Positions 57,710 to 64,000 of a DNA stretch of 64,000 bases are shown here, in pieces. The position numbers and the translations under genes were made by a program. Every line of letters begins with the position of its first letter. Positions within the stretch are counted from its first letter, which is position 1. The stretch is taken from NCBI GenBank assembly GCA_024614665.1, contig GCA_024614665.1_4861.1. One strand, 5' to 3'. The DNA is from a phage. Below the pieces are notes generated by a model, which saw only the letters and a list, made by a program, of their open reading frames with translations, did no database searches and was not told the DNA's origin.

Positions 57710-57800
57710 GGAATGCCCATCCTTTCGTGCGGATAATCCAATCCCAGGCACCACGAATTAACCACAGCGCAATACCGGTTAGTACAATACCTTCGATCAT
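57696..57800 (-). CDS. mini membrane peptide (34 aa), cassette member b
   Basis: ATG overlaps the TGA of the upstream gene (ATGA); MIEGIVLTGIALWLIRGAWDWIIRTKGWAFHGNT. Confidence 0.3.
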   Translation of the reverse strand: MIEGIVLTGIALWLIRGAWDWIIRTKGWAFHGNT

Positions 57801-57988
57801 GACCGTTCCCCTACATCTCGCCACTCACAACGTGTGTCGAACAGACGTTCTTTAAGAGCAGCAGCTAAATAAACAACCGCAGCGATAACCACTACGGTTG
57901 CACAAAAGGAGAGGTACAGTACCATCACAACAAACTGAAGGAACTGAAAACCCCACCAAGCCCATAAGCGCCAACCTTTATGATGCAT
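57797..57988 (-). CDS. small membrane protein (63 aa, two TM helices), cassette member a
   Basis: ATG lies within the last codons of the SbcC-like gene (11-nt overlap); hydrophobic WWGFQFLQFVVMVLYLSFCATVVVIAAVVYLAAAL. Confidence 0.4.
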   Translation of the reverse strand: MHHKGWRLWAWWGFQFLQFVVMVLYLSFCATVVVIAAVVYLAAALKERLFDTRCEWRDVGERS

Positions 57989-60488
57989 ATTTGATTATTA
58001 CCCCTTCGTTATAAACCGGTGGAAGCGTTACACCTTCTGGCTCGACGACACAGTAGGTGGCTTCGTTAAGTTTAGAATGAACTTCCGCTTCATGCGAAAC
58101 GACCAGTAATTGAGAAAACTCTCCCGACAACGCCAACGATTTAATGAAGTTAACTAATCGGTTTTTGTGTTCTTCATCCATGCCTTCAGATGGTTCATCC
58201 AATAACAAAGGATAGTTTTGTAAACCAAGCGCTTTATACGCCGTTAAACGAAACATCATGTTAAAGATAATACGCTGTGCTTTTGAACCTTTCTTCACAT
58301 CCGGTACCAGTTCTACATGGTCTTTTAATCGCACAGGGAACGTGTAGTCCAGATCCCCGTCGGTTAGATCGCACGGAATAACCTGCATCGGATATGCCCA
58401 CACCATTTCGATATACCGATTCATTAAATCCATGATGCGGGTAATCGCAGCGTAGAAGTAACGTCTCAGTAAACCTTTTTCAGGAGAAACCGCATTAATA
58501 ATCAGTCTGGCATGGTGGTGTTCTTTGAGCAACTCAGCTTGCTCTTTTTCCAGTTCCGCTAAACGTGCAATAGCCCCTTCCATTTGACGAAACCGTTCAC
58601 GAGCTGAAGTATACGCATCGAGCTTCGCTTCGCGGCGGTTTAACAACTCACGAACTACGACGTTGTTAACGGAGATGTTCATTTCCGATACCAGATGTTC
58701 GTAGCCCTTTTGGAAACGTTCGATTGCTTCTTTGGTTTGTTGCAGTTGGGTGGTTTCGCGTTCCAGCTCATTGGCTTGTCTGCGGTATTCTATCAGTCGA
58801 CGGTTAGCCCCGTCTAGTTGTGAACGGATATGTTCAATTTTCTGGCTCAGAGCACCATCAACATTACCTACTGCGGCAACAGCCTCTTGCCATTCCCGTT
58901 CCGCTGTTGCAAGCTTCGCTGATTGACGCAGATACATCATGGCCGAATCTAACTCTTCGGTAAAGGCACGTGCAATGGCACCATATCGATCCCGCGCCGT
59001 GGTGAAGATATCCAGCTCCTGTAGTTTACGGAAAAACAAACCGACAACGGGATGATTGGAATACGACATGACAATTTCGCGAATCGTACGTAGGCTACGG
59101 ACGTCCTCTTCAATCTCTTTGCGGTCACGCAAAAGACTATCCATTTCGTCTTTCAGCTGTTTTTTCCAACCTTCATTATCGTTGATGGCCTTTTCAATTT
59201 CAGGTAACGACTTACGAATCCCAGGACGGAAACGGTGGTTACACTGTGGACAATCAACTTCTGCAGTTTCTAAGAAGTGTTGACGGTCGTGGTATAAACC
59301 GTGTAGCACATTCTCACAACGTTGCAACTTTTCAGATAGACCCGCAGAGGTTAAATCCATACCCTGTAAACGCTTCTCTAACGCTCCTAGGCGCTCTGTT
59401 GTCTTTAACTGGTCCAGATGCATGGACAACGGTAAATTCCAGTTACAGGCGTCGTTTAACGCGTTCTGAATGCTATCCACGTCGATGCGGGTACCTTCAA
59501 ACAGAGCCGGGAACATCCAGTTCTGTTGGAACGTTGCCAGTTCCTGTTTTAAGCTGTCGATTGTTTGTTTTAGACCGGTATGGTTACGCATCAGATACGC
59601 TTGACGCGACTCCTCATCCAGTAGCTGTGACAACTCTTTATTGTACATGTTGCATTCAGTTTCAGCGGAGGCAGCTTGCTCACGCCAGGCAACCACACGA
59701 CTTTGAAACTCGTTAATCAGTTCGTCAGAAGGCAGAACGCCATAACGTTCCATAATGAGTTTTACAGCCGGTTGCAACGAAGCAATGCGTTTCCGGATAC
59801 TGTCAACCGAAACAGCGTTATCTAAACCGGGCCTTGCTTCAATTGTGCGGTTTAATTCTTGAAGCTCAGCATCGAGTTCTTTCAAACGAACTTCTAAACG
59901 TGCACGATCTTCTTCATCGTCAACGACGCGCATTTTTGCTTCGCCGATTTTTCGTCCGGTGTGTTCGATGGCCCCGCTTAAACTGGAAGCGAGTTTACGC
60001 AAACGTCGATAGCAGCCAACAACGTACGTCAGATCAGATTCTGACATTAACGTAAACCATTTACGACGAACTTCGGTAGTGGCGTCAGTTAATAAGGTCT
60101 CACCATTAATTAACTCTTTGATTTCTTTGGTGATTCCGGTTAATTGCTCCACCATGGAGTTGTAAACTTTGGCGTTTACCGAGTCCACAATGGGGACGCC
60201 TTTGGTGATATTGAAAATACTACAAGACAAAGAAGACCCACGTCGCAGGACTTCAAACTTAAGACGGTCGTCCCCGACTAACGCGTAGTTAGTGTAAGAA
60301 CCACCTTCACGGAATTCAGATTTTGCTGGAGCTAAGGGGAGAAAAACAGATAGGAGGCTTGTTTTACCGCAACCATTCCCACCAAGGATAATGGTAACGG
60401 TTGATTTAAGGGTGAAATCAAACGTTTCGATTTCATGTAACCCCATGCCGGTAAATCCTTTCAAAATGATACGTTCGACCTTGAGCAT
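57978..60488 (-). CDS. Rad50/SbcC-like SMC-family ATPase
   Basis: 836 aa; N-terminal Walker A GGNGCGKTSLL, long central coiled-coil-like region with CPQC zinc-hook-like motif, C-terminal Walker B LLLDEPSEGMD and H-loop-like VVSHE. Confidence 0.6.
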   Translation of the reverse strand: MLKVERIILKGFTGMGLHEIETFDFTLKSTVTIILGGNGCGKTSLLSVFLPLAPAKSEFREGGSYTNYALVGDDRLKFEVLRRGSSLSCSIFNITKGVPIVDSVNAKVYNSMVEQLTGITKEIKELINGETLLTDATTEVRRKWFTLMSESDLTYVVGCYRRLRKLASSLSGAIEHTGRKIGEAKMRVVDDEEDRARLEVRLKELDAELQELNRTIEARPGLDNAVSVDSIRKRIASLQPAVKLIMERYGVLPSDELINEFQSRVVAWREQAASAETECNMYNKELSQLLDEESRQAYLMRNHTGLKQTIDSLKQELATFQQNWMFPALFEGTRIDVDSIQNALNDACNWNLPLSMHLDQLKTTERLGALEKRLQGMDLTSAGLSEKLQRCENVLHGLYHDRQHFLETAEVDCPQCNHRFRPGIRKSLPEIEKAINDNEGWKKQLKDEMDSLLRDRKEIEEDVRSLRTIREIVMSYSNHPVVGLFFRKLQELDIFTTARDRYGAIARAFTEELDSAMMYLRQSAKLATAEREWQEAVAAVGNVDGALSQKIEHIRSQLDGANRRLIEYRRQANELERETTQLQQTKEAIERFQKGYEHLVSEMNISVNNVVVRELLNRREAKLDAYTSARERFRQMEGAIARLAELEKEQAELLKEHHHARLIINAVSPEKGLLRRYFYAAITRIMDLMNRYIEMVWAYPMQVIPCDLTDGDLDYTFPVRLKDHVELVPDVKKGSKAQRIIFNMMFRLTAYKALGLQNYPLLLDEPSEGMDEEHKNRLVNFIKSLALSGEFSQLLVVSHEAEVHSKLNEATYCVVEPEGVTLPPVYNEGVIIKYAS

Positions 60489-60508
60489 GTTTGCCTTCTA
60501 ATGAGAAA

Positions 60509-60521
60509 GTATTAGTCGTTC
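60509..60521 (-). promoter_or_regulatory. variant of the TTAATCGACTAT upstream element
   Basis: Minus-strand order: terminator, GAACGACTAATAC, GAAGG SD, ATG of the SbcC-like gene. Confidence 0.35.
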
Positions 60522-60540
60522 ATATCCAAAAGGTCATGCG

Positions 60541-60573
60541 TAAAAAAGAAGAAATGGAACCCCGAAGGGTTCC
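60541..60573 (-). terminator. intrinsic terminator
   Basis: Hairpin GGAACCC TTCG GGGTTCC followed on the minus strand by ATTTCTTCTTTTTTAC. Confidence 0.6.
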
Positions 60574-60584
60574 AGAGAGGAGAG

Positions 60585-61211
60585 TTATTGCGGAATAAAC
60601 TTACGGTGTCCGAGTGATTCCCAAAAACTATCGGTGCGCTCTTTGGTTAATTCATACCACGCACGCCCGGCATCAGAATCGACAACCTTTAACGTTTCAG
60701 TAAGCAGGAATTTGAACAGTTCAGCGCTACGACCGGGTGCTACACCGTCGAGATATATCGGAATTAAATAACCGGTTTTGATTTCTTCGTACGGTTGCGA
60801 TTGGTGCTGACCAACAACCCAGGCGTCAGCCGCGCTACCGACCAAAGTGGTGTTTACAGTTAACTCATCAGAAATCCAGTTAACGGTATCAGCCATTATT
60901 GAATCGCCATTGACGTAGAAGAAAACTAAACGTTTAGGTTGCTCCACCGAACCGGCCAAATCTAATGCAGTAGTTCCGGTGAAGATCGTATTATTGGGAT
61001 TACGTTCTGCAATAGGTAGAGCAAACCACGCTTCGAGCTGTTCCCAGCTACGCGGCAGTGCTTCTTTAAACCACTTCACCAATCGCGGGTATTCCAGAAA
61101 CCCTTCTACCTCTTCTTCCATCAGATTGATACGCAGTTTGGTATCCTGACGATTCGCTTTCTGACATGTCACCATGTCATCGATGAAACGAATCAGGGTA
61201 ATTTCGTTCAT
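60585..61211 (-). CDS. hypothetical protein
   Basis: 208-aa ORF; no Mre11/SbcD phosphoesterase motifs. Confidence 0.5.
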   Translation of the reverse strand: MNEITLIRFIDDMVTCQKANRQDTKLRINLMEEEVEGFLEYPRLVKWFKEALPRSWEQLEAWFALPIAERNPNNTIFTGTTALDLAGSVEQPKRLVFFYVNGDSIMADTVNWISDELTVNTTLVGSAADAWVVGQHQSQPYEEIKTGYLIPIYLDGVAPGRSAELFKFLLTETLKVVDSDAGRAWYELTKERTDSFWESLGHRKFIPQ

Positions 61212-61265
61212 GTTTAATCCTTCTTCAACAAAAAAAGAAGGTAGCCCGTAGGCTACCTCTCGTAT

Positions 61266-61766
61266 TTACAGCCCCATATGCATAAGGGAAATGATAGGGA
61301 CTTTTCGGCCACGTATCATTGCATACGGTTCGTACATTTGTGCGTTAGTTTCGAATAACTCACAGGCCGGAATACGATCGCCGGTAGAGAGTTGTAAGAC
61401 TTCGATTTGGTCGCCCCAGAAGTTATTCACTAATACGTGGTCGACAGTGTTGTCTTCACGACCTTCAGGGGTTTTGCAATAAGTGGCGGCATCGTACCAA
61501 CCTTTGCGGTATACTTCATAACCCGCGTGAAGCATCCGGTAGTACGGACGCAGTTGTGGGGCATTCAACGCAGCATCTAGCCACTCGCTGTGAATGCTGT
61601 TAATCAACACGGTCGCTTCTTCTGGCCACTCGCTGCGGTTTAGGGTTAACTCGCCTAACAGCTTTAACTTCCAGCCAGTGGAAAGAATAGCGCGGGTACG
61701 TTCTGGATTGACGTTCATCTGAGTAAAGAAAGTAGAACGAGTATCGTCAAGAATGTTCATGTTCAT
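61266..61766 (-). CDS. hypothetical protein
   Basis: Start placed at ATG 61766 (MNMNILDD) with TAAGGA SD; the longer ORF-track start would run through the regulatory element and terminator. Confidence 0.5.
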   Translation of the reverse strand: MNMNILDDTRSTFFTQMNVNPERTRAILSTGWKLKLLGELTLNRSEWPEEATVLINSIHSEWLDAALNAPQLRPYYRMLHAGYEVYRKGWYDAATYCKTPEGREDNTVDHVLVNNFWGDQIEVLQLSTGDRIPACELFETNAQMYEPYAMIRGRKVPIISLMHMGL

Positions 61767-61782
61767 TTGCTTAGTCCTTACG

Positions 61783-61802
61783 AGTAATAGTCGATTAAAA
61801 AG
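61783..61802 (-). promoter_or_regulatory. TTTTTAATCGACTATTACTC element upstream of SD
   Basis: Minus-strand order: terminator T-run, TTTTTAATCGACTATTACTC, GTAAGGA SD, ATG. Confidence 0.45.
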
Positions 61803-61804
61803 GA

Positions 61805-61866
61805 CCCTGCGGCTATGTGTTGGGGATATCACCGCAGGGCCAAAGTGAGATGGGTCGTCATCTCAC
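61805..61866 (-). terminator. tandem hairpins, putative terminator
   Basis: Hairpin GTGAGATG/CATCTCAC (61845-61866) and hairpin CCCTGCGG/CCGCAGGG with a large loop (61805-61839) followed on the minus strand by TCCTTTTTAAT. Confidence 0.4.
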
Positions 61867-61883
61867 GTTATAACATCTGTCTG
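61867..61883 (-). promoter_or_regulatory. AT-rich promoter-like element (weaker variant)
   Basis: Minus-strand CAGACAGATGTTATAAC just after the stop of gene 61896-62279; resembles the element at 37303-37323. Confidence 0.3.
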
Positions 61884-61895
61884 AAAACTTTTCGG

Positions 61896-62279
61896 TTACT
61901 GGTCGAGCGCTACTGAACCACGCACCACTCCTTGCTGTTCAATAACCAGGAGGCGTTGTTTGGTTTTCGTATTGTAAGCGAGCGACGCGCGAAGCGTCGG
62001 GTCGCACGTTATTGTCTCTACTGGCACAATCTCTTGTGCCTTTGAGTTCAACAAAAAGTAGTAACCTGCCGGACAAGTTTCCTCGCCCTTTGCGTGGACC
62101 AGGATGTACTCGTCGTGCCGGCTGACTTCTTCACATCTACCATCATCCCCAGTACAGACTTCGAACGAAGGCGGGTTGTACTGATACGGTGTGCCTGGTA
62201 GTAAATCTTCTACGCTAGTTGTAGCTGAAGCAGAAGCGGTAAAGAACACCGCCACGATAATACCCATAAATCCACGCAT
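61896..62279 (-). CDS. secreted protein (signal peptide)
   Basis: 127 aa; N-terminal MRGFMGIIVAVFFTASASA signal-like segment; AAGGAA SD. Confidence 0.5.
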   Translation of the reverse strand: MRGFMGIIVAVFFTASASATTSVEDLLPGTPYQYNPPSFEVCTGDDGRCEEVSRHDEYILVHAKGEETCPAGYYFLLNSKAQEIVPVETITCDPTLRASLAYNTKTKQRLLVIEQQGVVRGSVALDQ

Positions 62280-62292
62280 GTTGTTTCCTTAC

Positions 62293-62703
62293 TTAAAAGT
62301 CGAGTTTATTGATGCCTACGTTTTTCTTAATCGTAGGGTCATACATGATAACCGTCAGGGCATTATCACCTGGGTCGCGAGTAAACTCAGCAACGGCTTC
62401 ACCACTGCAGGCCTGGTTATCATTATAGTTCATGGTTTCGGCTTGCCCGGTTGCCATGTTAATAACCCCGTATTCCGGGTCGCCACATGCGACGCCGCCC
62501 ATCGTTTTCACTAACAGGTAACGGTTGTTATCGGACATCGCAACGATCTGGCAGCTACCGCCTTGTACGTCAGAGTTCTGGCACCAGAACTGGCCGCCGT
62601 ATTCGTGATCGTTAACAACTTTTGGTAACTCGATACTTCCAGCACGAGCGAAGAAGCTAATGGCCAGAGTAGCAAGTAAAACTGGTAATAAAAAATGTTT
62701 CAT
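62293..62703 (-). CDS. secreted protein (signal peptide)
   Basis: 136 aa; N-terminal MKHFLLPVLLATLAISFFARA signal; GAGGTG SD. Confidence 0.5.
   Translation of the reverse strand: MKHFLLPVLLATLAISFFARAGSIELPKVVNDHEYGGQFWCQNSDVQGGSCQIVAMSDNNRYLLVKTMGGVACGDPEYGVINMATGQAETMNYNDNQACSGEAVAEFTRDPGDNALTVIMYDPTIKKNVGINKLDF
62296..62308 (-). promoter_or_regulatory. variant of the TTAATCGACTAT upstream element
   Basis: Minus-strand AAACTCGACTTTT AAGTAAGGAAACAAC ATG. Confidence 0.3.
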
Positions 62704-62725
62704 AATAGCACCTCAATTTTTTGAG

Positions 62726-63217
62726 TTATTCTGAATAGTCGATTGTTTTGATAGTTTCCATACCGTAGTACATAGCGATGGAGGCCAGAGTTTTGGTATC
62801 CGGTCGCTGTACAAAACCGGCCCTGAAATCTTTGCTGCAAATTTTCTCCACTGATAGTTCATCACGATTAGGGATAAGCCATAACGCGTCACCGTTGTGA
62901 CGGTCGACTGCACCCCACCAACCACCTGGGCAATCTTTATCGCCCGGACGGTGTACGATAGCGACACGTCCGTTGAAGGATATGTCAACTACACGACACT
63001 GTTTCTTAAGCAGCTTACGCGCATTGCACCAGAACGGCTTATCATTAAGATTGATGGTGCGGGTATATGCTGGAATGCTGCCGTTAATACTGCCCTGGAA
63101 CCCGCTGAATTCGTCAGCGCGTGCCTTAGAAATCCGTAGCCCAACAACAAGTGCCATCAACAGCACAGTAAAAAGCACCACTTTGGCCAAGTGGCGATTA
63201 ACGTTATTGCATTTCAT
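62726..63217 (-). CDS. secreted protein (signal peptide)
   Basis: Start placed at ATG 63217 (MKCNNVNRHLAKVVLFTVLLMALVVGLRISKARA) with GGAG SD. Confidence 0.5.
   Translation of the reverse strand: MKCNNVNRHLAKVVLFTVLLMALVVGLRISKARADEFSGFQGSINGSIPAYTRTINLNDKPFWCNARKLLKKQCRVVDISFNGRVAIVHRPGDKDCPGGWWGAVDRHNGDALWLIPNRDELSVEKICSKDFRAGFVQRPDTKTLASIAMYYGMETIKTIDYSE
62733..62745 (-). promoter_or_regulatory. AATCGACTATTC element
   Basis: Minus-strand CAATCGACTATTCAGAATAA overlapping the last codons of the upstream gene, about 35 nt before ATG 62703. Confidence 0.4.
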
Positions 63218-63605
63218 TTTTAATATCTCCACGATTAAGGGTGATGCGACCGACGAGCACATCGTTGTGATAAAAACTCACAGCAACCAGATCTGGCAAT
63301 TCCAACGGCGATACACTGACCGAGGTGACTTTTGGTTGATTGCACGATATGTCGATTAATCGCTGATACATTTTCAATTTCTTATCAGCGATAACCAGCC
63401 CTGTGCAGTTCTTACCGTCCGTCAGTCTGTAGATTTGTAACTGTTCGACCTCACGCATCAGTTCCGGTTTTTCATTCGGTGCAATGGCATAATCCGAATC
63501 AGCTGATGTGTATTCAGTCACGTCTGGCTTATCGAAAGCATAAGTTGCTGCAATACCACATGCGGCCAGAACTACTACTGCTTGTAAGAACTTCTTGATA
63601 GTCAT
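63204..63605 (-). CDS. lipoprotein
   Basis: 133 aa; signal peptide with lipobox VLAACG. Confidence 0.5.
   Translation of the reverse strand: MTIKKFLQAVVVLAACGIAATYAFDKPDVTEYTSADSDYAIAPNEKPELMREVEQLQIYRLTDGKNCTGLVIADKKLKMYQRLIDISCNQPKVTSVSVSPLELPDLVAVSFYHNDVLVGRITLNRGDIKNEMQ
63227..63240 (-). promoter_or_regulatory. variant of the TTAATCGACTAT upstream element
   Basis: Minus-strand CCTTAATCGTGGAGATATTAAAA ATG. Confidence 0.3.
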
Positions 63606-63614
63606 GTTTTGCTC

Positions 63615-63627
63615 TATAGTCGATTGG
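63615..63627 (-). promoter_or_regulatory. AATCGACTATAG element
   Basis: Minus-strand order: terminator, AACCAATCGACTATAGAGCAAAAC, ATG. Confidence 0.4.
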
Positions 63628-63630
63628 TTT

Positions 63631-63659
63631 AAAAAAGAATAGGCTACCCGAGGGTAGCC
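63631..63659 (-). terminator. intrinsic terminator
   Basis: Hairpin GGCTACCC TC GGGTAGCC followed on the minus strand by TATTCTTTTTT. Confidence 0.6.
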
Positions 63660-63689
63660 AGTTGAGTTAATCTCTTAACTCTCACCTAG

Positions 63690-63706
63690 GTAATATATAT
63701 CTGAGA
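63690..63706 (-). promoter_or_regulatory. AT-rich promoter-like element (TATATTAC type)
   Basis: Minus-strand CTCAGATATATATTACCTAGGTGAG, near-identical to the element at 5632-5647. Confidence 0.5.
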
Positions 63707-63710
63707 TATT

Positions 63711-63971
63711 TTACAATGTGAAGGTTGTGTTAAGAATACGAAAACCCAATGCTCGCTTAGCGATTTGCATATTTGCAGGCGTGAAGTCCACCAGTTTGAT
63801 TTGAACGATCGATAAATCGTAAAGCTTGTGAAGCACTTCGATTTTGTGCCGCCAATCTGTTTTTTGGTGCAGCTCTATCGTCGTTGGTATCTCGCCTAGT
63901 CTCGGCAACTGTGCCCCAAGTAAACGATGATGGACTTTACCGTTTATAGTTGGGGTACCTTCCGTAACCAT
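63711..63971 (-). CDS. hypothetical protein
   Basis: 86-aa ORF close to the window edge; upstream region not fully visible. Confidence 0.4.
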   Translation of the reverse strand: MVTEGTPTINGKVHHRLLGAQLPRLGEIPTTIELHQKTDWRHKIEVLHKLYDLSIVQIKLVDFTPANMQIAKRALGFRILNTTFTL

Positions 63972-64000
63972 CAGTCGTGCATCGATGTAGTTATTTCGCT

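Noticed and set aside
60585-61766. Either gene upstream of the SbcC-like gene as the SbcD/Mre11 partner.
   Set aside because: Neither product contains the metallophosphoesterase motifs.
62713-62988. 91-aa minus-strand ORF overlapping gene 62726-63217.
   Set aside because: Alternative frame inside a longer ORF that has a proper SD and signal peptide.
1-64000. Scan for CRISPR arrays, tRNA genes, integrase/transposase genes and long terminal or inverted repeats.
   Set aside because: No regularly spaced direct repeats, no tRNA-like T-arm signatures (GGTTCGAATCC type), and no recombinase motifs were found by eye; a tRNAscan or repeat-finder run could still reveal elements I missed.

Overview
Gene-dense segment of a large dsDNA phage genome (GC near 48%, enterobacterial-like codon usage). 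No rRNA, tRNA, CRISPR array, integrase or transposase was recognised. Content fits a phiKZ-like (nucleus-forming, chimallivirus-type) jumbo myovirus of an Enterobacteriaceae host: a multisubunit RNA polymerase beta'-like gene pair (10726-16563, minus) sits divergently beside a 2373-aa virion protein with a C-terminal lytic-transglycosylase domain (16593-23714, plus), and a 5'-truncated sheath-sized gene plus a 291-aa tube-sized gene end at a strong terminator (1-2870). The rest is mostly minus-strand arrays: a thymidylate synthase almost identical to E. coli ThyA but with two insertions, HD and HAD-like nucleotide hydrolases, a UvsX/RecA-like ATPase, an RNase HI fusion, a DnaQ-like exonuclease, a Rad50/SbcC-like ATPase, a TARG1/DarG-like macrodomain, a signal-peptide transglycosylase endolysin with holin-like and spanin-like candidates, and many hypothetical proteins. 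Two recurring regulatory motifs stand out: an AT-rich TATATTAC-type promoter-like element and a TTAATCGACTATTAC element immediately upstream of ribosome-binding sites. Most worth follow-up: the macrodomain as a candidate anti-ADP-ribosylation counter-defence, a cassette of five overlapping mini membrane-peptide genes after the SbcC-like gene, an array of four secreted/lipoprotein genes, and the TTAATCGACTAT element. All calls rest on reading the sequence and remembered family motifs; no database search was run.
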